A stretch of DNA of 64,000 nt from positions 128,041 to 192,040 of the forward strand of contig JBBTYL010000003.1 of the NCBI GenBank assembly GCA_038061795.1. The letters are read 5' to 3'. The notes beneath the pieces are model-generated. The model worked only from the letters and a program-made list of their open reading frames with translations. It did no database searches and was not told the origin of the DNA. Shown piece by piece: positions 36,301 through 44,638 of this stretch. Positions within the stretch are counted from its first letter, which is position 1; every line of letters begins with the position of its first letter. The position numbers and the translations under genes are program-made. Source of the stretch: Patescibacteria group bacterium. GTDB taxonomy: Bacteria; Patescibacteriota; Minisyncoccia; Phycocordibacterales; PALSA-1337.

Positions 36301-38183
36301 TTAGTCTGTTCATTCGTCTGGATTCGATCGCCAACTTTGAAATTAGTAGAAAGTACTGCTGGCTTTATATTTTCTTCACCGACATATCCATCAACACCTG
36401 TCTCAAAATCAAGTTTCCACCAGAAATGTCCATCGGTTGAATTTTTTATACCTTCAGGAGCATCTGGATCATCAACAACAGTTGCAGGTGATCCTGTATA
36501 TTGAGTACCATCAAGCCTTGAAGACAGCGCAGCCAAACGTCGAACATTTGAAACGTTTACAGTCTGAACTTTGTCACCAATCCTGAATTTTGAAGAAGTG
36601 ACTACTTGAGCTGGCGCGACCGAAATAGTTACTGAAGAAATCGTCGATACTCCGCCAAGCCCAGTACAATAAATCGTATACATCGTGCTTGTTTGGATTT
36701 CTGTTATTGTAGTCACGGTCTGTGATCCTGAAACCGCCTTCGTACCGGCAAACGATCCGCCAGAACCAGTACATGACGTAGCGTCAGTCGATGATGTCCA
36801 GGACAACGTTGACGGCTGGCCTGAAGCGACAGAGGTAGGGTTTGCAGAAAGTGAGACCGTAGGAGCGTTTGGAAGCGTCTTCACTTGAACAGCGGCGGAT
36901 TGATCAGAGGCATTTCCAGCCGCATCGACTGCTACGACCGTATATGAATATGGCGTATTCGGACCAGCCCCTGAGTCAGAGTAGCTGGTATTTGTCACAT
37001 CGCTGATCTTTGATCCGTTTCGATAGACCTTGTATCCTGTCACGCCGATATTGTCTGTTGATGCTGACCAAGAGATTCGAGCGCCTGTCTTGGTGATGTC
37101 TGAAGCTGTAACACCAGAAGGTATGGATGGCTTTGTCGTATCTGTCGCAGACTTTGTCGTAAACTTAGAATTTGAAGAAGATGCCTTGTTTCCTGCAGTA
37201 TCAACAGAGGTGACGCTAAAATTGTATTCGGTACCGGACGCCAAGCCAGTGATCGTTGCCGAATGTGAGGTTACTTTGCTCGTATTGAGGCCTGTGTTGC
37301 TTGTATATGAAGATGTGAATCCGTATTCTACAAAGCTGTCTGAAGCCTCATTCGTCGTCCATGTCACTGTTGCCTGGCTTTCTGTTATATTTGACACATT
37401 TACGCTTGAGATGGAAGGAGCGGTAGTATCTGAAGGAGACGATGTTTCCCCCGTGTATGTGTAAAGGGCTGTCACATCAGAAGCAGAAAGAGCCTTATTG
37501 TAAATCCTAAAATCATCCACTAAGCTCTTTGCGAAGAAGGATCCGGTGTTTCCATAGTGTCCGATATGCACCTGATCAAAAAAGTCTCCAGGGGAATTGG
37601 CATTCTTGCTTACGATTCGTGTGCCGTCAAGGTAAATTTTGACATTATTGGAAGCATCGTAGCTCATCACGACATGATGCCATTTACCATCATTTACTAT
37701 TTTTCCAGTACCAGTTGAGTAGAATTGGTCGGTGTATTCCCAAGAGAGTTTGCCTCCTTCTATGTAAAGGGTCGGTGCTCGTTGCGCACCTGAACCGCCG
37801 TAGCTACCAGTGAGAGTTCCATCGCCAGTCGGCTTGAACCAGAACGAGACCGTTCCGGCAGATGTTTGATATACCTGGCTATCGATAAAAACGTAGTTTG
37901 TTCCATCGAATGAGACAGAGCCGTTTCCAATCTTTCCTGATGAAAAGCTCGAAGATCCAGACCATGAGCCGTCGTTTCCGCTGCCAGAGGCATCGGCGAG
38001 AGAAGAATCATCGAACGGAAGGTGTGCGACAAGTCCTGAAGGAAGAGCTGCGGATACCTGTGCCTGCTGGCTATCGAGGATATTGTCTGCAACCTGCTGT
38101 TGGTTGAGGGAGAGCGAACCGATATACACTCCTGTAAGGACGATGATGCCGACAAGCAAGGAACCTAATAGTTTGGGATTCAT
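33396..38183 (-). CDS. giant secreted surface protein: LamG, 3x Fn3, SH3-like modules, 4x InlB-B-repeat-like modules, Ig-like domain, C-terminal right-handed beta-helix
   Basis: 1595 aa with an N-terminal anchor. The LamG_3 region (~37465-38050) ends in VDDFRIYNKALS. The Fn3 modules start with DTTAPSISS and DTTKPSIPSG. FTVTTAKAGxGSGTVxC modules carry GWSGAC. The C-terminal ~400 aa show a parallel beta-helix pattern (NNITVRNSRVRG, VLIENNKVYDNG, IVFRNNDVYN). Confidence 0.85.
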   Translation of the reverse strand: MNPKLLGSLLVGIIVLTGVYIGSLSLNQQQVADNILDSQQAQVSAALPSGLVAHLPFDDSSLADASGSGNDGSWSGSSSFSSGKIGNGSVSFDGTNYVFIDSQVYQTSAGTVSFWFKPTGDGTLTGSYGGSGAQRAPTLYIEGGKLSWEYTDQFYSTGTGKIVNDGKWHHVVMSYDASNNVKIYLDGTRIVSKNANSPGDFFDQVHIGHYGNTGSFFAKSLVDDFRIYNKALSASDVTALYTYTGETSSPSDTTAPSISSVNVSNITESQATVTWTTNEASDSFVEYGFTSSYTSNTGLNTSKVTSHSATITGLASGTEYNFSVTSVDTAGNKASSSNSKFTTKSATDTTKPSIPSGVTASDITKTGARISWSASTDNIGVTGYKVYRNGSKISDVTNTSYSDSGAGPNTPYSYTVVAVDAAGNASDQSAAVQVKTLPNAPTVSLSANPTSVASGQPSTLSWTSSTDATSCTGSGGSFAGTKAVSGSQTVTTITEIQTSTMYTIYCTGLGGVSTISSVTISVAPAQVVTSSKFRIGDKVQTVNVSNVRRLAALSSRLDGTQYTGSPATVVDDPDAPEGIKNSTDGHFWWKLDFETGVDGYVGEENIKPAVLSTNFKVGDRIQTNEQTNVRTIASLSGTLVGTRALGSIGTIVGGGIQNPTDGFYWWKIDYDGTTVDGYSGQGTLKLYSAATTFTVTTAKAGTGSGTVSCSPSSCSASVGSSVSVTATPASGSTFTGWSGACMGTGACTVTSAGTVTATFTAVIVNPVTFTVTTAKAGNGSGTVTCAPTSCTANIGSTVSVTAVPASGSTFVGWSGACTGTGACTLTSAGTVTATFNTIPVTNDTTKPTVTAFTIPSTSSSLTVTTSVVASDNFGVTGYLITESATAPSATVSGWTLSAPTSYTFATAGSKTLYAWAKDLAGNVSLSRSASVTITLVAAKFTIPQSVIPNAIVNVRQTAAGTLLDTQSTAVPGTTVAGPVTATLSGTSYQWWNIDFNSGVDGWVGQDGLDAYTPPVQASYTITKSGAGSGTVTSSSINCGTSCAASGNVGQTIILTATPAPQTTSGGSVYTHSFAGWSGACTGTSQSCSFTLNSNTTVNAAFNVIVSDPTTTFTVTTAKAGTGSGTVTCSPASCSTNSGSTVLVSATAASGSTLAGLTASPTSAGSCTVNSCALTSAGTVTATFNAEPTGTGNNWYLNASVGTSGNGTSWSSAWKNTNNIVWSSIQPGDTIWVAGGSYSGLNVGKSGTAANLIYIKRILSSDSVATGSGWIAALDSRATFGSLSTPVSYVYIDGRVDMGMRFISSNSSGVPSSYDATNGHYVTVDHVDLVGPSAANSLEGTSIGSALATFNGDNSGVNIGYGYPSHSTNNITVRNSRVRGHPNEFWFAGANNVLIENNKVYDNGAANSATWHGNLMIVNGSNGIVFRNNDVYNWQVEGLYPWGSTSRNWYVYGNVFHDGYGGKNGSTHRFLELRSYSGNVTHGPFYVYNNTITNAWAAITRGDTTVFWSSDSVVRNNLVYNVAGGGIGYLPTNSSNNVTASSNPFASGTFKLAAPIAGVSVPNVTTVLGPVTTFEKDPVGATRGADGVWDVGAYEY
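34630..36112 (-). repeat. intragenic tandem or dispersed coding repeats (four ~75-aa B-repeat modules)
   Basis: DNA-level repeats, for example CCTGCCTTTGCCGTAGTGACAGTAAAGGT near 34824 and 36085 and a close variant near 35860. The modules diverge through mixed substitution types. Confidence 0.8.
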
Positions 38184-38646
38184 TTAATTAATGTTATACG
38201 ATTAATAAGCTTTTTAATAAATAGGAAACGGCCACTAAAAGAACTCCGCTAATTTTAACATGCAATCAAAATATAATCCCCATAACACATGTGGATAAAA
38301 AGCAACCCCAAAGATTTATTGGATCTTCAGGGCTGCTTTAATCCTCCGCGAGCATTACTGCTGTGGAGCAGGGGCTGCAGGTGCAGGATTCTCTGCTGGT
38401 GGCTTGTGTGCCATATGCATTATGCTCAGGTTGATTAGCTCCTGTGCGGGGTTAATTGTAATCCACCTTCAAGCAAGATTAACTTTCAGTCATTAAGTTG
38501 ACAGAGCGTCAAAAGCTTTGGCGAAAAGACAAGGAATGATGGTACTTTCCAGCCATGGTGTAATGATGATCAAAATTAGAAAACATTTTATGATTTTTGG
38601 CAAAACTTTTTGGAGTTTTCGGCCTGATGCAGTAGAATGAAGTACT

Positions 38647-40149
38647 ATGAAAAAACCTATAATGCTTATCGTGCTCGACGGCTGGGGCCACCGCGAAGAG
38701 ATAAAGGACAATGCAATAAGACAGTCAAAAACCCCATTTTTCAACACGCTTTGGGATAAATATCCCCATTCCCTGCTGAAAGCCTCTGGAAATGCTGTGG
38801 GTTTGCCTGAAGGCCAGATGGGCAACAGCGAAGTCGGCCACACTACTATAGGAGCCGGGAAACCAGTCGATACTGACCTCGTTCGCATCGACAAAGCCAT
38901 AGCAGAAGGAGCACTTCATACGAACCCAGCCTTCGTCGCTCTTTTTGAGCATATAAAGAAAAATAATTCGACCCTTCATGTGCAGGGTCTCGTCAGTATC
39001 GGCGGAGTTCACAGCCACCAGAACCATCTTTTCGCCTTCTTGCGGGAAGCCAAGGCTCAAGGAATGAAAAAAGTTGCTATCCATGTCTTTACAGACGGCC
39101 GAGACACGCCTCCCCAGAGCGCTTCAAAGTACATGAAAGAGCTTGAGGCGCTTATTGAGGAACTCGGCCCGGAATTCTTCATCGCAACTATCTCAGGACG
39201 ATACTACGCCATGGATCGCGACAACAACTGGGACCGTCTCGCAAAAGCCGAACAGGCGATGTTCGAATGCAAAGGCAATGTCTGTGAAATCAAGCCTTCA
39301 GCTTATCTTGAAGAACAATACAAGCTCGGCAAGACCGATGAGCTCCTCGAACCAGCCGTCTGCGCCACACTTGAGGGCCGAGGTTGCGCCCTTGAAAAGA
39401 ACGATGGCGTCTTTTTCTTCAATTTCCGTGCTGATCGCGCCAGAATGCTCACCCAGAAGCTCATCGAGAAGCAGAAAGCTGACAATATTTACGTCGTAAC
39501 CTTAACTGAATACTGCATCGATTATACGTGCCACGTCGCCTTTCCTCCTTCAAATATCGAAGTGACGCTTGGAGAAGAGGTCTCTCGAGTCGGACTCAAG
39601 CAAAGCCACATTGCTGAGACTGAAAAATTCGCCCATGCCACCTATTTCCTCAACGGCGGACGAGAAAAGCCATACGATGGAGAGACTGATATCATGCTTC
39701 CAAGCCGAAAAGACGTGAAAACACACGATGAAGCTCCCGAAATGCGCGCAGAGGGCATTGCGGACAAGGCTATCGAGGAAATCGAGAAGGGAGTCGACTT
39801 TATTTTCATAAACTTCGCAAATCCTGATATGGTCGGACATACCGCAAACGTTCCGGCCATCATAAAAGCGGTTGAGACAGTAGATACCCAGCTCAACCGA
39901 GTCATTACGGCACTTGAAAAGAAAGGTGGGGTCGCCTTCATCACTGCTGATCATGGAAATGCAGAGGTTAACATCGACCCAATCACTGGAACGAGACATA
40001 CAGCTCACACCGTAAATCCTGTACCCGCAATTCTCACAGATACTTCACACACGCTCAGAGATGGCGGTCTTGCTGACATCGCACCGACCATCCTTGCACT
40101 CCTCGACATAGAAACTCCAGCAAAAATGACTGGAAAGAAGCTTATTTAG
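38647..40149 (+). CDS. gpmI: 2,3-bisphosphoglycerate-independent phosphoglycerate mutase
   Basis: 500 aa with LIVLDGWG, NSEVGH, TADHGNAE and full iPGM colinearity. TAGAAT lies 8 nt upstream of the ATG. Confidence 0.95.
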   Translation: MKKPIMLIVLDGWGHREEIKDNAIRQSKTPFFNTLWDKYPHSLLKASGNAVGLPEGQMGNSEVGHTTIGAGKPVDTDLVRIDKAIAEGALHTNPAFVALFEHIKKNNSTLHVQGLVSIGGVHSHQNHLFAFLREAKAQGMKKVAIHVFTDGRDTPPQSASKYMKELEALIEELGPEFFIATISGRYYAMDRDNNWDRLAKAEQAMFECKGNVCEIKPSAYLEEQYKLGKTDELLEPAVCATLEGRGCALEKNDGVFFFNFRADRARMLTQKLIEKQKADNIYVVTLTEYCIDYTCHVAFPPSNIEVTLGEEVSRVGLKQSHIAETEKFAHATYFLNGGREKPYDGETDIMLPSRKDVKTHDEAPEMRAEGIADKAIEEIEKGVDFIFINFANPDMVGHTANVPAIIKAVETVDTQLNRVITALEKKGGVAFITADHGNAEVNIDPITGTRHTAHTVNPVPAILTDTSHTLRDGGLADIAPTILALLDIETPAKMTGKKLI

Positions 40150-40172
40150 GCAAAAAAGTAAGCAAAAGAAAA

Positions 40173-40194
40173 CGCGCCGCTTTGCAGTGGCGCG
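40173..40194. terminator. terminator hairpin between convergent genes
   Basis: CGCGCCGC-TTTGCA-GTGGCGCG (8 bp). The U-run is clear on the minus-strand reading (AAAAGAAAA upstream on the plus strand). Confidence 0.55.
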
Positions 40195-40227
40195 AATTTG
40201 TAAAAAGCTTGTGGATGATTATTACCC

Positions 40228-40827
40228 CTAATGCCAAGAAGATCCTCTTATGTTCCACAAAGTGATCCCCTTTAATTTGAGATCAGCGATGAATCCGTTA
40301 GTGTCGAGTTCATAGCGAGTGGGTGCATCTAGAAGCATCTTGCGATGCGTGTAGAACGAGTCTGTTGTAATGCCTGTCAGCATATTCGCGGCATTTGCTT
40401 GATAGTTTGTCTGACCTACCGCATCCGCAAAGACAAGCTCATTCTCGATCCCCATAACCCCGACCTCAAGAACATATTGTTCGAGGTTATTGAAAACCCT
40501 AACGTTCCAAGACTCAGGAGCAAGTTTATAGATGACTCGTGTCGCACCATTCGTATAGTTGCGCAAAGAATTCTGGTACCAAATCCCTGCCGGGACATGA
40601 TGGAATTTCTCTTCTTTTTCAAAATACAGGTCATTATTCCCTTGGACAACAAAGGGAAAACCGTACACCAACGAAAGAAACGCAAGCGGAAACGAGAAAA
40701 GCATAATAGCTCCGACAACTGTTTTTTTCCTGCTTTTTGCATTGACAAACAATGAACATCCGACTATCGTTGCAGCAAGGAATCCAAGCAACGTGAAGAA
40801 GACCATCATGAGAGGTAATCGTATCAT
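40228..40827 (-). CDS. membrane-anchored protein, unknown function
   Basis: 199 aa with two N-terminal TM helices. There are no recognisable motifs. Confidence 0.55.
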   Translation of the reverse strand: MIRLPLMMVFFTLLGFLAATIVGCSLFVNAKSRKKTVVGAIMLFSFPLAFLSLVYGFPFVVQGNNDLYFEKEEKFHHVPAGIWYQNSLRNYTNGATRVIYKLAPESWNVRVFNNLEQYVLEVGVMGIENELVFADAVGQTNYQANAANMLTGITTDSFYTHRKMLLDAPTRYELDTNGFIADLKLKGITLWNIRGSSWH

Positions 40828-40919
40828 AAGAGTTTCACTTTCATTTAGAAGTTTTCAAACCGCAAGCAGCTTTCGACTGCCAGCAAAGAGCTTCAGCCCA
40901 GTGCCATTTACTGGTATTT

Positions 40920-40947
40920 ATTATGCATAAAAATATAAAAAAGTCAA
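40920..40947 (-). promoter_or_regulatory. sigma70-type promoter for the 40228-40827 gene
   Basis: The minus strand reads TTGACT (40947-40942), a 16-nt spacer, then CATAAT (40925-40920). Here the leader is ~90 nt and contains hairpins, an exception to the leaderless pattern. Confidence 0.5.
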
Positions 40948-40951
40948 GAGT

Positions 40952-42226
40952 CTATCCCCTCCTATATTCCCTGAATTTCGTTATAAAAAGCCCAAAATAC
41001 CTCACTGAAAGTATCATAAGCGTCGTCCAGAAAAGGCCGAAACCAATGCCTGCCACCACATCAGAAACCCAGTGTACGCCAAGATAGATCCTACTGAAGC
41101 CGACAAGAAGCCCTAGCGCAACACAAACAACGATAAAAAGCTCTCTCCAAACAAGCAGTTGTATCCTCCGCGCAAAGATATAGATGGCAAGGGCAAAGAA
41201 GATGGTTGCCGCGACAGCATGCCCGCTCGGGAAGCTGTACCCTGTTTCTATAAGAAAAGCTGTTTCCGGACGGGCGCGCATGACAAGAGCTTTCATGATG
41301 CTATTCAAGACAAATCCCCCGCCGATTGAAGAAAAAGTGATGACTGCATATCTCCAGGATTTTTTATAGATAAAGTAGATCATGGCTGCCAAGCCTGCAG
41401 CAGCAATCATTTCCGGACTGAAAACATTCGTAATGACATTCATGAATGTCAGCCAGACCGCAGTCGCATGCGTCAAGAAGAAGAAATTGATCCAGACATC
41501 GAAATCAGCCATGAATGCGTGGTCGCTCAAGGCATCCTGCACCGTCTTGAAAAAGATGAAAAGGCCGGCGAGATTCGCGACAAGCGTAATAAGCTCGTAT
41601 TTTGCAAAGATATGGAACTGCTTGTTAACGAAGCGATATGCCATGACTATAAGGATAGCAAGAATTATGCCAATGACAATGAACTTTCCAAGTAGGCCCG
41701 CAACAGTATGGTAGCTTGCTCCGAATATATAGCCGACCGAGAGCGATAGCGATGTCCAGATTAGGACGCCGATGAGGTCAAGCGGCAGGAATTTCTTGAA
41801 CGGAATTCCGCTTGCACCAACAATGAAAGGCGCCAGTGGACGTGTTACTGGGCTGAATCTGCCAAGAATAGTCGTCTTCCCCACATGTTTGCTGATCAAT
41901 CCACTGACTCTTTCTATTTTGTCCTCAGTGATGAAAAAATACTTGCCGAATTTGCTTAGAAGCATGAATCCGAACCTTTTCCCGCAATAATAGGCAACGC
42001 AATCCCCTCCCAATGCACCAAGGACGATAAGTGGCACAATGATGTAGATATTGAGAACTTGGAGCTTGGCAAGAAAACCTGAAAGGATGACGATGGTGTG
42101 GCCAGGGACGAATTGGCCTATTGCCGGGACTCCTTCGAGGACAGTGACGAGAAAAAGAGCTATGTATCCCCCGTGCTCGATGATGGCTTCGATGTGGGAG
42201 ATGATGGGGGCGAGGAAAGAGTGCAT
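40952..42226 (-). CDS. DedA (VTT/SNARE-associated) domain fused to a PAP2 phosphatase
   Basis: The N-terminal ~190 aa are DedA-like (LEGVPAIGQFVPGHTIVILSGFLA...GGDCVAYYCGKRFG...LGRFSPVTRPLAPFIVGASG). The C-terminus carries the three PAP2 motifs KALVMRARP, PSGH and SRIYLGVHWVSD. Confidence 0.85.
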   Translation of the reverse strand: MHSFLAPIISHIEAIIEHGGYIALFLVTVLEGVPAIGQFVPGHTIVILSGFLAKLQVLNIYIIVPLIVLGALGGDCVAYYCGKRFGFMLLSKFGKYFFITEDKIERVSGLISKHVGKTTILGRFSPVTRPLAPFIVGASGIPFKKFLPLDLIGVLIWTSLSLSVGYIFGASYHTVAGLLGKFIVIGIILAILIVMAYRFVNKQFHIFAKYELITLVANLAGLFIFFKTVQDALSDHAFMADFDVWINFFFLTHATAVWLTFMNVITNVFSPEMIAAAGLAAMIYFIYKKSWRYAVITFSSIGGGFVLNSIMKALVMRARPETAFLIETGYSFPSGHAVAATIFFALAIYIFARRIQLLVWRELFIVVCVALGLLVGFSRIYLGVHWVSDVVAGIGFGLFWTTLMILSVRYFGLFITKFREYRRG

Positions 42227-42344
42227 GGGAATTGTACGTGGCGATGATTATACCATATCCCGTATGAAGTTTTAGTGAAGAAATTTCGGGGTTTTGCACA
42301 GATTATTTTGTTGGGAAAGAGAAAAATAAACTATAATGATTCTC

Positions 42345-43025
42345 ATGAAAATTTTAATAATTGAAGATGATGAGGACGTAATTGATTTTCTAAGGGTCAG
42401 CCTTAAATCAGAATCTTTTACGGTTGATGTCGCGAGAAATGGTTCAGATGGCTCATTCCTGGCTCGAACGAACCCCTATGATATGATAATAATTGATTAC
42501 TCACTCCCCGTTAAAAATGGCCTGACTGTCTGCAAAGAAATCAGGACTGCAGAAATTGAAACTCCAATAATTTTCCTGACAATCCATTTGGAAATCAAAA
42601 AGAAAATCGATGCTTTAGATATTGGCGCAGATGATTACATAGTAAAGCCATTTTCATTTGACGAGCTGAGGTCAAGGATCTATGCAATCAAAAGAAGGCC
42701 TAAGAAGATCGAAAGCTTAATATTGGCAGCTGGCGATATAGTAATTGATACAAGAAAACAGGATGCTCGCAGAGAAAACATAGCACTTAACTTAACAAGA
42801 AAAGAATACAATCTGCTTGAGTATCTTGTCAAAAATAAAAATATGGTTGTATCGCGAGGAATGATCATGGAACATGTGTGGAACGCCGAAAGTGATCCCC
42901 TATCAAACACCGTAGAAGCTCACATCCTTAATTTGAGAAAAAAAATAAATATAGAATCAGCACTAGGAAAGAATAAAGAAATTATTAGGAATGTTCCTGG
43001 GCGCGGTTACATAATTGATGCGTAG
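42345..43025 (+). CDS. OmpR/PhoB-family response regulator
   Basis: Receiver domain (MKILIIEDDEDV, IIIDYSLP, KPF) plus a winged-helix C-terminus (...GRGYIIDA). The start at 42345 is supported by TATAAT (42332-42337) 7 nt upstream. Confidence 0.9.
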   Translation: MKILIIEDDEDVIDFLRVSLKSESFTVDVARNGSDGSFLARTNPYDMIIIDYSLPVKNGLTVCKEIRTAEIETPIIFLTIHLEIKKKIDALDIGADDYIVKPFSFDELRSRIYAIKRRPKKIESLILAAGDIVIDTRKQDARRENIALNLTRKEYNLLEYLVKNKNMVVSRGMIMEHVWNAESDPLSNTVEAHILNLRKKINIESALGKNKEIIRNVPGRGYIIDA

Positions 43026-43267
43026 TTAAAATTTAATCAATATTTTATAATTTTTTTTATTTTTCTTTATTACCAGTTGTTATACTTTCAGGCGTTATAA
43101 GTCGAAATAACATTTAGCCATTAAAAAAATAACCATGAATAACTACATACAACAGATACTTTCTGGTGAAGCTGGACGAAAAAGCATCACCATAGAATCA
43201 GCATCCAAAAATGCTGATGAAAATTTCTTGCCGTGGAGCGGATAAGCTCGATTTAAAATATGAATAT

Positions 43268-44632
43268 ATGAAATTCAAAATACATCGGCTTTACATGGCA
43301 AAATCTCAGGATGAGGACACAAAAAGGCATGAGTATATACTCAATATAATCCTTTGCGTATCAATCCTCATATTGACCTTATACGATCTTATCATCCTTA
43401 GAAACTCTCTTGTAAAAACGATAGATTATGATGGGATACAATTTGCGACATTCACAGCAATTATTTGTGCGTACGTGGTTTTATTAATACTCTCAAAAAG
43501 AGGTTACATAAAAACAGCATCGTATGCCCTCATAGCTTCATATTGGGCAGGCGCGCTCCATTGCGGGTACCAATGGGGCGCTAGTTTGCCTATAACATTA
43601 ATAACCTTTATTCTTGTCATTTTTATCTCATCAATTCTGATAAGTTCTAAATTTGGGGCATCAGTGACTTTCATCACTATAATATCATTTGTATTGCTTG
43701 GCATTCATGAGTATAAGAATCCAGAAATATTGTCTTGGCGAATGGATTCAATCAACAACACTGATTTAATAGCATATTCATTTTTTCTTGTTGGCATAGC
43801 ATTGCTTTCGTGGCTTTCTAACAAAGAAACTGAGAGATCATTGAGACGAGCGCGCAACTCAGAAAATGAACTGAAAAATGAAAGGGATCAGCTCGAAATA
43901 AAGATAGTCGAAAGAACAAAAGAACTTAGAGAAAGTCAGTTGATGCGAATGTCAGAGCTTGAAAGGATAGCAGAGTTCGGCAGGCTATCACAGGGCTTGT
44001 TTCATGACCTAATCTCCCCATTGACATCAGTCATGCTTCATATGGAAAAGATAAAAGGGATTTCGCCGTCAGAATTAAATGAATCGCATGCCTCGTTAGA
44101 AAAAATAGTCATTGCTTCAAAGAAAATGGGAGAGAACATGCAAAATTTAAGATTTTCCCTGAGAAACACTTTGCCACCTAGGCAATGTTCAATTGCGGAT
44201 GAGCTCAATAAATGCATCGGTTTTCTTAAATTTAAAATAAGAGAGAATAACATAAGCATTAGGATTAAAAATGACTCAAATTGTTTGTGGTTCGGCGATC
44301 CAGTCAAATTACAACAAATATTCTCCAATCTTATAACGAATGCCATTGATGCCTGCACCTCAAAAAACACCGAAGCTGGAAAAATTATAATCAGCTTAAA
44401 CTCTCACGATAAGAAGTGTCGAATAAGCATAAAAGACAATGGTATCGGAATGGACGCAGAAACAATTAAAAAAATATTTGACCCGTTTTTCACGACAAAA
44501 CCACCGGAACTCGGCACTGGAATCGGACTTACAACTGTTCAAAGAATTATGGACGAAATCAATGGAACCATATCAGTTAAGAGTATAAAAGATGGTGGTA
44601 GCACTTTTATACTATTATTACCACTAAAATAG
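43268..44632 (+). CDS. membrane sensor histidine kinase
   Basis: About 6 TM helices, then H-box FHDLISPLTSV, N-box NLITNAIDA, G1 DNGIGM and G2 GTGIGL. The start is uncertain (43211, 43268 or 43295); 43268 has TAAAAT 8 nt upstream. Confidence 0.82.
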   Translation: MKFKIHRLYMAKSQDEDTKRHEYILNIILCVSILILTLYDLIILRNSLVKTIDYDGIQFATFTAIICAYVVLLILSKRGYIKTASYALIASYWAGALHCGYQWGASLPITLITFILVIFISSILISSKFGASVTFITIISFVLLGIHEYKNPEILSWRMDSINNTDLIAYSFFLVGIALLSWLSNKETERSLRRARNSENELKNERDQLEIKIVERTKELRESQLMRMSELERIAEFGRLSQGLFHDLISPLTSVMLHMEKIKGISPSELNESHASLEKIVIASKKMGENMQNLRFSLRNTLPPRQCSIADELNKCIGFLKFKIRENNISIRIKNDSNCLWFGDPVKLQQIFSNLITNAIDACTSKNTEAGKIIISLNSHDKKCRISIKDNGIGMDAETIKKIFDPFFTTKPPELGTGIGLTTVQRIMDEINGTISVKSIKDGGSTFILLLPLK

Positions 44633-44638
44633 GCTTAA

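Noticed and set aside
34531-37464. Long plus-strand ORFs (133-166 aa, for example 34531-34932, 35626-36126, 37030-37464) antisense to the 1595-aa gene
   Set aside because: They are rich in V/A/T/E/P and mirror the Thr/Ser/Gly/Val codon bias of the repetitive sense frame. They have no promoter or start context and lie fully inside a well-supported gene.
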